The notes: a model not told the origin generated them from the sequence alone. A stretch of DNA of 64,000 nt from Eledone cirrhosa (GCA_964016885.1 OZ024748.1:1-64000), one strand, 5' to 3'; counted from the stretch's first letter, positions 12,901-28,185 are shown. A program made the numbers and translations.

Positions 12901-14822
12901 CAAGGACCAATTTATGTGCTGATCCTATGGAGAGGATGAACACAGTGGAGGTGATGAGGGAAGCACTCTGTACCGCTTACACTGACGCCAGAGAGGAGGC
13001 ACTAAAGTGTTAAGAGAACGGTTGACAGTTGGATGATCAACGAGATCACATGGAGGAAAGGTCAGATCCAGGAAACAGATCCAGAGGATAGGAAAAAGGA
13101 AATGGCTGAACCATTTTAGAACACAACTATGAGATGCCCTCCACAGACAAGAACACTGGGCAGATCAGGTGGCTGTTACAATAACTGGATATTGAGACAG
13201 GACCCTTTGCCAAGAGAGGAGCTTCAGAGAGCAAAAAAAGAAGATAAAGGAGGGCAAGGCCCATGGAGAAAATCGAGTGGCATCAGGTCATGTAGAGTTG
13301 TGATTTTCATATCTTGGAGATCTGTAAAAAGGGACTGGAGAAACGAGTTGCCCTGAACAAGTGGACGATCAATAACTTCGTGCCACTGCCAAAGAAGGCA
13401 GATCTCTCTAACAGAAACAACTACAGGGGGACCTCACTTGTGGCAAAGACCCTCAACAGGATGATTCTAAAGAGAATCCAGCCCTGCATGGACAAAAAGC
13501 TCAAACAACCAGAACAGCTTCACAGATAGAGATCAACCAACGGTCACATCCTGATGCTGAAGAAGATATTTGAGGGAGCTAAAGCAAATTGCCTATAATT
13601 CTGACTATCGTCACTGCCTGATCAAGATTTTTGTGGAATACAAAAGTATCACTGCTCTACACGAACACTAAAGCCAAAGTCATTACACCCAATGGTTCTT
13701 CGAGTTACTGCTTGGATTGCTCCAAGGAGCTACACCCATTGTTCAGTGGCTAAATACAGTTAAAGAAAAATATAATTGCTTTTCTTTCTCAGAGTTAAGT
13801 CAGCGAAGGTAACGCACCACTAACAAAATCCCCTCTCCTACTAAAATGGTCAATGACCAATCCAGCAGATAAACAATTATATTAAGAAAAAAAAATTTCT
13901 TTTTAAACAAAGGACAATTAAATATTTACTGTTGAATGTCTGTTTGTGGGCTTATGTAGGGTCGGGCATCTCATAAATTTTTCCGTATTTACGCAGAGTA
14001 ATATAGATAAAAATACATCAACGACAAACACTATATTGTCTCGCACTTTAAAGGATTCGCTTTTGCAATAAAACAGGGAATCAATAAACTATCTGATTCC
14101 ATTAATATTTTATATTATATTGGCATCTCCTTGGCAGCTAACTCGAACTGCTGGGCCTGCATGCTTCTCTCATCTGTTATGCTTGCACTTCATTGATTTT
14201 CACTGGAACAATCCGCAACTACTCTTTCTGTTTATTCTCGGGGATGTCTTTTCTAACCAATGCATTCTTCATTACATCATGCAAATTTTCCACAGCTTCT
14301 TTCACATCGGTCAAATTTTCAATCTTAATTCGGCACAATTTCAACATCTTTTGCCTGCATCACACTGTATTCAGTGAATTAGTTTTTCTTCGTTTCCTAT
14401 TCTTGTATTGCAAAAACATATCCATAAAAGTGCGAGATAATATAGCGAGTGTTCATAGATTTTGCTTATCTACATTATAATCACTCGACATCTCCTTGGC
14501 AACATATCCATGCGTGTACTTGTATATCGTAATTTCGATGTCTAGTCTTCAACAGACGCTTACCACTGACCGAGACAACCAGCCTTGAATATTGAGTTTT
14601 ATCAAACAACTAAATTTCCTGCTAAGAGGGGAAACAACTCGTAATTTTATTAAAATATCCAAGAGTAAAACTCCCTTTGCTAATTGAAATATGGCATAAA
14701 CATTTGTAGACGTATAAACACAAAAACACTATACATAATAACATGTGTACGTGTATACATACATAGACATATACTATTTCAACGCTGGCAATCTAGCTAA
14801 ACTTATAGCTACAACTAATAAT

Positions 14823-15008
14823 TGTTTCTACTTTTGGCACAAGGCCGGCAATAACCCAGTACATTACTGGTACTTTATTTTATCCACCCCGTAAGGATGA
14901 AAGGCAAAGTTAACCTCGGCGGGATTTGAACTCAGATCGTAAAGGGACGTAACTCTTTAAGTCAAAGCATGGCGTCCGACCCTCCACCGATACTGCCAAC
15001 CCACCGCC
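14823..15008 (-). mobile_element. tRNA-derived SINE, same insertion as 9731-9916
   Basis: Same TSD and position within the unit; B box GAGTTCAAATCCC. Confidence 0.9.
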
Positions 15009-18000
15009 TAGCTACAACTAATAATGTCAGTAAAAGCTTTTTAATCAAACGAGTCTTAGGAAATATATAAAATATAACCGGTGGCAATGTAATCCATCTT
15101 AGCAATTAATTTTGTTGACAGACAACTCCTTTGGTAGGGTACCATGATCTGTCATCTGGTGGTGCCTAACCAAACTAGGTGTTGGGGAATGTCTTGTGAG
15201 GGCAGTGCAGGCTTTGTACAGAGGTGCTGTCAGTAACAGATGCGTTTAAAACTAGCTGTCCATGACGATCTGGTTCTTATAGCAGAATCAGTAAAGAAGC
15301 TAAAGAAGAAATGCTGTCTATGGAAACAGTAGTTGGAAGCAAGAGGACAGAATAAAAACATAGAAAAGAGGACATGCTCCCTATGTTGAAAAGGAGTTGG
15401 GATAAATTCTATAAAATATACACAATGCACATCTGGGGTACTCAACATATGTAGTGGGATAGCAAGCAAACAGGTAGTGAAAACTACATGTACAGAGAAA
15501 TTTCACAGTAGAAGTGACAGTGATAGAAACAGTTTTCAAATGAAGGTGGGTTCTATACAGATGAGCAGATTAGAAAGAGAGGAGGCTACTACGAGGCCAT
15601 AATATCTACAATAAGGATGGGTTGGAAGAAGTGAGACATGGCCAGCAATTGCAGAGAATATGCCAAGGCTGGCAAAGAAATGAAGGAAGCATGCTCCGAC
15701 GACCGAGCAGAGATGAGTTGAGAGAGAAAATGGGTATGAGTTATGTGCAGGAGAGAAGAATAAGATGGTTTGCTGGGTAAACATGTGCCAAGTAATTCCA
15801 GTAGAAGGAAGACTAAGAAAAACAGACGGGTGGTGAAAGCAGACCTCAAATCGCTAACGATCACCAACGAGGTGACCAACGACCGGTATAAGTGGAGAGG
15901 CGGTGCTCAATAGTACATGTCCCACACTTGAAAGCGAACGTATGATTATGAAGATGACTGCAAATGTTTCCTTATTTCTGCATAGAAAGTATACATCATC
16001 TTCAACAAACGCTATATTGTCTTTAGCTTTCAACAATACCATTTCGCAATAAAACATGAAATAAGAACAAACTGATTCTCTAATATTTAATATTATATTG
16101 GCATCTGCTTCGCTGCTTATCTCCGACTGCTGGGTCTGCATTCTTGTCTCGTCTGTTATGCTTGCACTTCATTGCTTTTCACAGGAACAATCAACAACTA
16201 CTCTTTCTAACTCTTAAAACCTTGCTCTAGCTTCAAATGTTCACTCTCGGGGGTGTCTTTCCTACGGACTGCATTCTTCACTCTTTTCGAAACATCTTTC
16301 CAGTTTCTTCACATCGGTCAAATCTTCAATCTTCAATCTGCACAATTTCCACTTCTTTTCACATCTAGGTCTTTCTATTCTATACATCAGTTAGTCTTAG
16401 TTTCAAGTTCTTATATTGTAAAATAATATCTTTCAACATGGGAGACAATATAGCACTTGTTGCTGAAGATAGATTTTTATCATCTATATTATTCTCACTC
16501 TCCAGCTACCAGTTAACATATCCATGCATAATATTTGCATGTGTGTATATTTGAGAAAAGGATAATGATAAAAAGATATATACATGGATTAGGAGAGTCA
16601 CTTGGTGGTAGAACAATATGGTAGATGAGGCAATTAAGGCTAAGAGACAGGCATGGAAAGAATGGAAAAACAGGGCACATTACATAGAGACCAGGAGCGA
16701 AGCTAGGCGACAAGTATACTTAGCTAGAAGGGAGGTAGAGGATAGGAATTTCAAGCATCTTTTGCAACACGAGGAACAGAAACAGGTGTTCGAGATTACG
16801 AGGCAGTGTGTCAGAGAGAATTGTGATGTCATTGGACAAAAGTGTATCCAGAATGATAAAGGTCAGATTGCACTCACAATTTCTGAGGAGATGCATGGAA
16901 GAGCCAGTATGAAAGATTACTAAATGGGGAGAATGCATGGGAAAAAGATACCATACCCAAAGTGAACCCTATAGAGGGGCTAGCAGAACAAGTCAGCAGC
17001 AATATAGTATGGCAATCAAAGATATGAAGACGGGGAAGGCAACCGGTCCATCGGGTATAGTTGCCGAGATGCTCAAGGCATCTGGGTCAGTAGATCAGAC
17101 CATAACCACAAGTAATGTTAACTAGATAATACTAAACGATTCGTGCAGCAGCATCATGGTCAACTGATACAAAGGTAAAGGTGATGCACTAGATAGAGGA
17201 AACTAGAGAGGTATAAAGCTGATGGACCAGATCATGAAAGTAACGTAAAGAGTTATAGCACAGTTGATTAGTACCTAGCTAAAAGTAAGCCACTCTACCT
17301 GGCATTTGTCGAAATGGAAAAAGCCTTCGACAGAGTCCACCATGCTATAATACGGTCGGCTCTTGGAAAATTAAAAGTAGATGAATGGCTTATGAGGGCT
17401 GTACAAGCCATGTATAAAGAAACAATCAGCAAAGTTAGTGTTATCAATGATTAGAGCGAGGAATTTAGCATGCAGGTCCGTGTACACCAGGGCTGTTCTT
17501 AGCCCTCTCCTTTTTATCATAGTCCTGCAGGCAATAACAGGAATTTAAAACCGGATATCAGCTTATAGTTCTACCAAGGGAGACAGTGATGTGAATGCAG
17601 AGGAATTTCATGAGATCTGTAGAGCTGTCAACACCACACAAGCTCAAAACATCATTCTTCTGAGGGACTTCTATGCACATCTGAGTAAGGAGAGCAGTGA
17701 AGATCCGCGCTGGTAATTCCCTAACACCAACCGAAATGGAAGACTACCGACAGACGCCATGCTGGATGCAAACTTGATGGCAACCAACCTAACGTTAAGG
17801 AAGAATCCAGAAAAGATGTGGACCAAGACCTAGATTGATTTCTTTCTGGTGAGGAAAAAGCAGCGCAATAGTGTTCTCAACACAGAACCATACAACTATT
17901 TCAGTACACTGGGACAGTGGACACATGCTTGTTATGAGTGAGGTCCGAGTGAGCTTAAGAAAGAGCAAGGCTACACCAACAGTATAATCTATGACTGGGG

Positions 18001-20359
18001 AACTTTCAATGAACATAAGCTACAGAAGAGGTTCACAGGAGAAGTGAGCAACAGGTTCAGTGCTCTTTGTAGAGAGTTTGACAAAGAGGTACGGCTACTT
18101 GAACAATGCAGTAGCAGAAGCAAGTGAGACACTGATGCTGAGGAGAAAGAAGAAGAAGCATGTCAGTTCTGCAGACCCAAAGGTGTGTGCAGCCTGCCAA
18201 GGACCAATTCTGTGCTGATCCTATGGAGAGGATGGACACAGTGGAGGTGATGAGGGAAGCACTCTGTACCGCTTACACTGACGCCAGAGAGGAGGCACTA
18301 AAAGTGTTAAGAGAACGGTTGACAGTTGGATGATCAACGAGATCACATGGAGGAAAGGTCAGATCAAGGAAACAGATCCAGAGGATAGGAAAAAGGAAGT
18401 GGCTGGACCATTTTAGAACACAACTATGAGATGCCCTCCACAGCCAAGAACACTGGGCAGATCAGGTGGCTGTTACAAAAACTGAATATTGAGACAGGAC
18501 CCTTTGCCAGAGAGCTTCAGAGAGCAAAAAAAGAAGATAAAGGAGGGCAAGGCCCATGGAGAAAATCGAGTGGCATCAGGTCATGTAGAGTTGTGATTTT
18601 CATAGCTTGCAGTTCTGTAAAAAGGGACTGGAGAAACGAGTTTCCCTGAACCAGTGGACGATCAGTAACTTCGTGCCACTGCCAAAGAAGGCAGATCTCT
18701 TTAACAGCAACAACTACAGGGAGACCTCACTTGTGGCAAAGAACCTCAACAGGATGATTCTTAAGAGAATCCAGCCCTACATGGACAAAAAGCTCAAACA
18801 ACCAGAACAGCTTCAGAGATAAAGATCAACCAACGGTCACATCCTGATGCTGAGGAAGATATTTGAGGGAGCTAAAGCAAATTGCCTATAATTCTGACTA
18901 TCGTCACTGCCTGATCAAGATTTTTGTGGAATACAAAAGTATCACTGCTCTACACGAACACTAAAGCCAAAGTCATTACACCCGATGGTTCTTCGAATTA
19001 TTGGTTGGAGTGCTCCAAGGAGCTACACCCATTCTTCAGTGGCTAAATACAGTCAAAGAAAAATATAATTGCTTTTCTTTCTCAGAGAGTTAAGTCAGCG
19101 AAGGTAACACACCACTAACAAAATCCCCTCTCCTACTAAAATGGTCAATGACCAATCCAGCAGATAAACAATTATATTAAGAAAAAAAATTTCTTTTTAA
19201 ACAAAGGCCAATTACATATTTACTGTTGAAGGCCTGTTTGCGGGCTTATGTAGAGTAATATAGATATAAATACATCAACGACAAACACTATATTGTTTCG
19301 CACTTTAAAGGATTCGCTTTTGCAATAAAACGGAATCGACATTATCCGATTCCCTAATATTTCATATTATATTGGCATCTGCTTGGCAGCGAACTCCAAC
19401 TGCTGGGCCTGCATTCTTCTCTCTTGTCCGTTATGCTTGTACTTCATTGATTTTCACTGCTACAATCAGCAACTACTCTTTCTATGTTTATTCTCGGGGA
19501 TGTCTTTTCTACCCACTGCATTCTTCACTACATCATGCCAACTTTCTACAGCTGCTTCACATCGGTCACATCTACGATCTTAATTCTGAACAATTACCAT
19601 AAATATATATTTTGTCTGCATCAATCAGTTTGTCTTCGTTTCCTATTCTTATATTGCAAAAGCGTATAAAAAAAAAAATATAGCGTTTCCTCAAGATAAC
19701 CGTAACTATATTACTTTCACTCTCCAGCTTCCTGGTAACATAACCATATATTAAGTTTTAATGCATGTGCCTACTTGTATACCGTAATTTCTGTCTATAT
19801 TTATGAGGAAAAAGGTTAGATATTGACAAGATGATATAAATATATATAGCTATTCAGTTTTATATATACCCCCCCCCCCCCCCACACACACACACACAAC
19901 CACAAACTAAAACTAAACCCAAATAATTCATCTAGAAATTAATGAACCCCGTCGTATCTGCTTCGAAATGATATTCAAACAAATAGAAACTAAAACTTAC
20001 TATATCACTAACGTGCTGCATTAAATAGACATGAAAAAACACCCGTCTCAATTTTACGATGAAAACCGATATAATAAATTAAGCCTAAGCTTAATTAGTA
20101 AAGTAGTCTTCAGCAGAAACAGACAAGGCATAAATTCAATGACAGTTTTATCAAACAACAAAATTTCTGGCTAAAACGGAAAATAAAATATTTTTATTAA
20201 AATATACTACAGTAATTTCCCTTTGCTAATTAGAATGTTGCATAAACAGATTTCTACGGTGATATAAACACAAACCCGATACACACCAACATATATTATT
20301 ATATTGTATTTATATATTATATATATATACATGTGTATATAGTAGACATTTATTACAAA

Positions 20360-23300
20360 TACACACATAATACAGACACATAATACACACATAATACACA
20401 CATATAATACACAGATAATACACACATAATACACAGATAATACACACATAATACACACATAATACACACATATAATACAGATAATACGCACAGATAATAC
20501 ACACATATACACACATATAATACACAGATAATACACACATAATACACAGATAATACACATATAATACACACATAATACACACAGATAATACAGATAATAC
20601 ACACATATAATACAGATAATACGCACAGATAATACACACATATAATACACACATATACACACATATAATACACAGATAATACACACATAATACACAGATA
20701 ATACACACATATAATACACACATATAATACAGATAATACACACATATAATACAGATAATACGCACAGATAATACACATATAATACACACATATACACACA
20801 TATAATACACAGATAATACACACATAATACACAGATAATACACACATATAATACACACATATAATACAGATAATACACACATATAATACAGATAATACGC
20901 ACAGATAATACACACATATAATACACACATATAATACACAGATAATACACACATAATACACAGATAATACACAGATAATACACACATAATACACACATAA
21001 TACACACATATAATACAGATAATACGCACAGATAATACGCACAGATAATACGCACAGATAATACACACATATACACACATATAATACACACATAATACAC
21101 AGATAATACACACATAATACACACATAATACACACATATAATACAGATAATACGCACAGATAATACACACATATACACACATATAATACACAGATAATAC
21201 ACACATAATACACACATAATACACACATATAATACAGATAATACACACATATAATACAGATAATACGCACAGATAATACACACATATACACACATATAAT
21301 ACACACATAATACACACATAATACACACATATAATACAGATAATACGCACAGATAATACGCACAGATAATACACACAGATAATACACACATATACACACA
21401 TATAATACACAGATAATACACACATAATACACAGATAATAGACACATATACACACATATAATACAGATAATACACACATATAATACAGATAATACGCACA
21501 GATAATACACACATATAATACACACATATACACACATATAATACACAGATAATACACACATAATACACAGATAATACACACATATAATACACACATAATA
21601 CACACATATAATACAGATATTACACATATAATACAGATAATACGCACAGATAATACACACATATAATACACATATACACACATATACACAGATAATACAC
21701 ACATAATACACAGATAATACACACATAATACACATATAATACAGATAATACGCACAGATAATACGCACAGATAATACACAGATAATACACACATATACAC
21801 ACATATAATACACAGATAATACACACATAATACACAGATAATACACACATATAATACACACATAATACACACATATAATACAGATAATACACACATATAA
21901 TACAGATAATACGCACAGATAATACACACATATACACACATATAATACACAGATAATACACACATAATACACAGATAATACACACATATAATACACACAT
22001 AATACACACATATAATACAGATAATACACACATATAATACAGATAATACGCACAGATAATACACACATATAATACACACATATACACACATATAATACAC
22101 AGATAATACACACATAATACACAGATAATACACACATATAATACACACATATAATACAGATAATACACACATATAATACAGATAATACGCACAGATAATA
22201 CACACATATACACACATATAATACACAGATAATACACACATAATACACAGATAATACACACATATAATACACACATATAATACAGATAATACACATATAA
22301 TACAGATAATACGCACAGATAATACACACATATACACACATAATACACAGATAATACACACATAATACACAGATAATACACACATATAATACACACATAA
22401 TACACACATATAATACAGATAATACACACATATAATACAGATAATACGCACAGATAATACACACATATAATACACAGATAATACACACATAATACACAGA
22501 TAATACACACATATAATACACACATATAATACAGATAATACACACATATAATACAGATAATACGCACAGATAATACACACATATAATACACACATATACA
22601 CACATAATACACAGATAATACACACATAATACACAGATAATACACACATAATACACAGATAATACACACATATAATACACACATATAATACAGATAATAC
22701 GCACAGATAATACACACATATACACACATATAATACACAGATAATACACACATAATACACAGATAATACACACATAATACACACATAATACACACATATA
22801 ATACAGATAATACGCACAGATAATACGCACAGATAATACACAGATAATACACACATATACACACATATAATACACAGATAATACACACATAATACACAGA
22901 TATAATACACACATATAATACACACATATAATAATACAGATAATACACACATATAATACAGATAATACGCACAGATAATACACACATATAATACACACAT
23001 ATACACACATATAATACACATATAATACACAGATAATACACACATAATACACAGATAATACACACATATAATACACACATATAATACAGATAATACACAC
23101 ATATAATACAGATAATACGCACAGATAATACACACATATAATACACACATATACACACATAATACACAGATAATACACACATAATACACAGATAATACAC
23201 ACATATAATACACACATATAATACAGATAATACGCACAGATAATACACACATATACACACATATAATACACAGATAATACACACATAATACACAGATAAT

Positions 23301-23965
23301 ACACACATAATACACACATAATACACACATATAATACAGATAATACGCACAGATAATACACAGATAATACACACATATACACACATATAATACACAGATA
23401 ATACACACATAATACACAGATATAATACACACATATAATACACACATATAATAATACAGATAATACACACATATAATACAGATAATACGCACAGATAATA
23501 CACACATATAATACACACATATACACACATATAATACACAGATAATACACACATAATACACAGATAATACACACATATAATACACACATAATACACACAT
23601 ATAATACAGATAATACACACATATAATACAGATAATACACACATATACACACAGATAATACACACATAATACACAGATAATACACACATAATACACATAT
23701 AATACAGATAATACGCACAGATAATACGCACAGATAATACACACAGATAATACACACATATACACACATATAATACACAGATAATACACAGATAATACAC
23801 ACATAATACACACATATAATACAGATAATACGCACAGATAATACACACAGATAATACACACATATACACACATATAATACACAGATAATACACACATAAT
23901 ACACACATAATACACAGATAATACACACATATAATACACACATAATACACACATATAATACACAC
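20360..23965. repeat. Modular minisatellite of 9-13 bp ATAATAC-based modules
   Basis: Modules ACAGATAATAC, ACACATAATAC, ACACATATAATAC, AGATAATAC, GCACAGATAATAC, ACACATATAC; degenerate continuation 24153-24305. Confidence 0.97.
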
Positions 23966-24152
23966 AATTGTTTCTACTTTTGGCACAAGGCCAGCAATTA
24001 TCCCAGTGCATTACTGGTCCTTTATTTTATCAACCCCGTAAGGATGAAAGGCAAAGTTAACCTCGGCGGGATTTGAACCCAGAATAGCAAGGGCCGTAAC
24101 TCTATGCGTCAAAGCATGGCGTCCGACCCTCTACCGATACTGCCAATCCACC
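23966..24152 (-). mobile_element. tRNA-derived SINE inserted in the satellite
   Basis: Homologous to 9731-9916; A and B boxes present. Confidence 0.9.
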
Positions 24153-24398
24153 AACACACATAATACACACATATACACATATAATACACACATATAATAC
24201 AGATAATACACAAATACACACAGATAATACGCACAAATACAGACACCTAATACAGACACATAATACACACAGAATACATACACACATAATATACACACAC
24301 ACATAATATATAGTAATAATAATAAATTTGAAAACTAAAATTAAAAAAGGGCTCGATATGGATAAATATATATCAAATATATAAGAACCGTACAGCAA

Positions 24399-24546
24399 AT
24401 ATATATTAAAATAACAGATTAAAGTTTAAGCAAAGAATCGCTGCTTTCAACCTTAACGGGATCTTAAATGAATTTCAGAAGATCCCGTTAAGGGTGAAAG
24501 CAGCGATTCTTTGCTTAAACTTTAATCGGTTATTTTAATATATATA
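24399..24546. repeat. Near-perfect palindrome (~65-bp arms, 13-nt loop) derived from a hammerhead-bearing repeat
   Basis: Arms are reverse complements with 2 mismatches; single-arm copy at 38054-38118. Confidence 0.92.
24470..24522 (+). ncRNA. Type I hammerhead-like motif, variant core (CAGAAGA)
   Basis: gaattt CaGAAGA t-ccc gttaa ggg-t GAAA gca..tgc TT aaactt. Confidence 0.55.
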
Positions 24547-24902
24547 TATAAATAAATAAATATATATATATATAAATATAAATATAAAAATTTCAGGTTA
24601 TCATTTAATATAAACTGTTATAGATAAAATGAGATTTCTTAATTCAATTCCCTAATGCATATACCAGCTGACTACTAGCATTGGAAGTTATTCAGTAGCA
24701 GTCGAAATCTCCCCCTTCCTTAATCGACACTTTATAATTAATACTACTACACCAAATAACCAGCCCTGTCCATTGTTCAATTGGTCAAGTATAGATTAAA
24801 ATAGGCACTCCCAAAAATTCTTATTTAGATAAAATAAACCATTTACTCATGTATTCTCATTAAAAACCATTTATATACTTGTTTAGCAGTAAATTGAATT
24901 AC

Positions 24903-24986
24903 CATCTGTCATATACTTCTCTTCCTCTATTACAACTAATATAAATACTTCAATTTTTCTGATTTTTTCAAATTTATCCAAAATCT
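24903..24986 (-). other. Candidate 84-nt phase 1-1 exon (EILDKFEKIRKIEVFILVVIEEEKYMTD)
   Basis: ttgtcacttcAG ... GATG|GTAATT; open frame, in phase with candidate exon 27741-27877. Confidence 0.25.
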
Positions 24987-25150
24987 CTGAAGTGACAACT
25001 GATTATACATTTGCTATCGAATACTTGCTAACATTATATGATTACGCAAGCAGCGATACATAGGTATTTCGTCTGTTACAGAAACATGTCGATACCTAAT
25101 AAATTCCTTTTTTTAAAAAAAAAACACTTTCATTTTATATTCACCTTTTC

Positions 25151-25740
<590 letters not shown>

Positions 25741-26290
25741 TGTTATTCCGGGTTGAATCGGAGGTAACCACAGTAAGTAAGGTACTCAATACATAGCAGA
25801 GTATAAGTTTTAATATAGATGAGATTCTACAGGACTAGAACTGTTTCATTCATTTGAAATCATCAGGAATCTGGGTATCAAAAAATAAATATGGTATTTA
25901 TAGGTCTCTACAAGTGGTAGGAGAGGGTGGGGAGTGGGATGGGTGCAGGTCGTTGGTTGATAGAAAAGGGAATTCATTAAAAGCTAATTCTACAAAGCTA
26001 TTTTTATTTTTATTTATTATGTTTTTAGAGTAACAAGGGCAGACAGAATTCTATAAACATGTTCCGGATGGCCTACCATTCCTTGTCAATAAGTTTCTCT
26101 TAAGCTAACAGATGTCTATAAAATCAGTGGGGGGTCAGTCATAGTCGATAGAATTAAAGAAAAGGGGAGATTCTTTAAAAGCTAAAGTCATTAAGGTTCT
26201 AAGTGACAAAGGTCTAGAGAATTCTGCAGACAGATTCAAAATACTGAGTGCATATCTTACTATTATCTTCGAACTTCTCTTAAACTAATC
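25741..26290 (-). mobile_element. Penelope-like element relic with pseudo-LTR
   Basis: Contains a hammerhead; terminal ~120 bp recur at 32638-32750 and inverted at ~33340-33415. Confidence 0.55.
25822..25872 (-). ncRNA. Type I hammerhead ribozyme
   Basis: agattc CTGATGA t-ttc aaat gaa-t GAAA cag ttctagtc ctg TA gaatct; perfect stems I and III, GUA site, U.U at the base of stem II. Confidence 0.8.
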
Positions 26291-26493
26291 AACTATATGC
26301 CAAAAATCAACAGACACATTCACAAAAAAACAAAAAAACACATACTCACTCACACACTTACGCGCAACCATAAACACACACACAAACACATATACACACA
26401 TAAAAACACACACATATATATAAAAATATATAAATATATATTCATGTACACACACGTACATACAGACATACATACACACACATATATATAAAT

Positions 26494-26530
<37 letters not shown>

Positions 26531-26558
26531 AATATATATATATATAAATATATATATA

Positions 26559-26596
<38 letters not shown>

Positions 26597-27254
26597 AATT
26601 ATATATATATATATAAATTATATATATATATAAATTATATATATATAAATTATAAATTATAAATATAAATATATATATATATATATATACATATAAATAA
26701 ATATATATATACACACACGTTTCATAAGCTACTATATATATATATATATATACACATATTTAAAAAAATTGGTTGGCTGGTTTAACCTAACGTAAAAAAA
26801 TAAATAAAAAAATTCTATCCAAAAATGAGAGGTTTGTGGCAGAGAAGGAATTGAACAGGGACAAATTTTTAGGAGAATCTGGAATAAAAATAAGTTATAT
26901 ATTCTAATGGTGCATTTTATATTTTATATTCTCTAAATTACAAGTGAACAAAATTAACGTTAATCTAACTATAACGTATTACTGCTACTTTATTGGATAA
27001 ACAATACTGAGTCAGCTTTTATAAGTCTTTTGAAAACAGAGAACAGAGACAATACCAACCATGTGAATTCAACAGATTTTTCCAGATTTTTCCCCCCCCT
27101 ACATAATCTCATCAACACACATATACATATATATACATATATATCTTTCATTTTCTCCCTTAATCACTAGCAAATACCAACTCCTCCAGTTCTAAAAATA
27201 GAAAATTCTTCCAGAAAGATAGACAGAGAAAAAGCAGAGAAGAGAGGAACCCAG

Positions 27255-27420
27255 TATTTGACTGGTACTTTTATTCAGAAAAAGATAATTGCGAGAAAAC
27301 TATAGATAGGAAGAATTCACCCCAGCATTTCACTGGTACTTTTTTTTATCCACTTCCAAACGGAAGGAAGAAAGGCAAAGTTGACCTTGGCAGGATTTCA
27401 GAGAGCATAGAAATAAAAAC
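27255..27420 (-). mobile_element. Decayed tRNA-SINE fragments
   Basis: actggtact...atcc...aaaggcaaagttgacct..ggattt matches the other SINE copies. Confidence 0.65.
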
Positions 27421-27576
27421 GAATACTCCAAGGTATTCGAATAACTGCAACCTTATATATATATATATATAACAATTGTATATATATGTGTGTGTGTATA
27501 TATACAACAATATGATGAAATTAATTAAATCGAAAATGTTACCCCGATTAAAATACAAAAACATAACTATAAAAGC

Positions 27577-27730
27577 TTTTTTTTTTTAAAGAAATTAATT
27601 GAATTGAATTTTTTTTAAATGAAATTGAACTTTTTTTTTAAAGAAATAAGTTAAATTGAATTCTTTTTTTTTTTAAGAAATATAAATTAAATTGAAATTA
27701 TTTTTTTTTTTAAAATAAATTAAATATAAA
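27577..27730. repeat. ~25-35 bp AT-rich tandem repeat (T-run + aaagaaattaattgaattgaa), about 5 copies
   Basis: Direct inspection. Confidence 0.75.
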
Positions 27731-27740
27731 TCTGACTGAC

Positions 27741-27877
27741 CTGTGGGACTTTTCTTCTCAGTCCCAGGAGTGAACATGGACGCTGTGTTTTCGGCGTATC
27801 TCTGAGCAGCCCTAAAAAGGGCTTAAAGCATACCATGAGAATAACCTGAAGTCATCTTTCAAATCTGTGGCTGAAAT
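27741..27877 (-). other. Candidate exon (first or internal) ending CAG|GTCAGT
   Basis: Strong donor; upstream is either TATAAATA (-32) + TCATTT Inr or a pyrimidine tract tttttcatatctttcatttcAG; GC-richer than flanks. Confidence 0.5.
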
Positions 27878-27931
27878 GAAAGATATGAAAAACGGGGCTT
27901 GTATTTATAAGGAAAAGAAAGTGGCGGGTAA
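27872..27931 (-). promoter_or_regulatory. Possible TATA box + initiator with upstream TTACCCGCC motif
   Basis: TATAAATA 27909-27902; Inr A at 27877. Confidence 0.3.
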
Positions 27932-27946
27932 CTCACACATACTCAC

Positions 27947-27983
<37 letters not shown>

Positions 27984-28148
27984 TCTATGTATGTTGTTTT
28001 GCCGCTATTTTTTGCCGCCAAAAGATGAGCAAAGTCTGTGAGTGTGTGTGTAACAACAACAACAACAACAACAGAACAATAGCAACAAATAATAAAACAA
28101 AATTTATTATTCTATGAAGAAATTTAATAGTTTTATCAGAACAACGTG

Positions 28149-28180
<32 letters not shown>

Positions 28181-28185
<5 letters not shown>

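Larger units (their letters stand above)
1..20340. repeat. Tandem array 1: 4 full + 1 partial diverged composite units (~4.3-5.3 kb)
   Basis: Marker ORFs recur: MVDEA(V/I)KAKRQAWKEW at 2355/7385/11510/16618 and MGKRYHTQ at 2616/7704/11809/16937. Unit starts ~1, 4850, 9180, 13930, 19220. Confidence 0.97.

Noticed and set aside
19086-19103. Plus-strand 18-nt microexon (ctttctcAG..AAG|GTAACA) in array 1 units
   Set aside because: 16 nt in two of four units, no partner exons on that strand; may be chance.
20360-23965. CRISPR-like array
   Set aside because: No unique spacers and no cas genes; eukaryotic satellite.
20207-24011. 1233, 1204, 788 and 466-aa Cys/Val/Ile/Tyr ORFs
   Set aside because: Open in all three minus frames only because the satellite lacks TTA/CTA/TCA on the plus strand; module lengths are mostly not multiples of 3.
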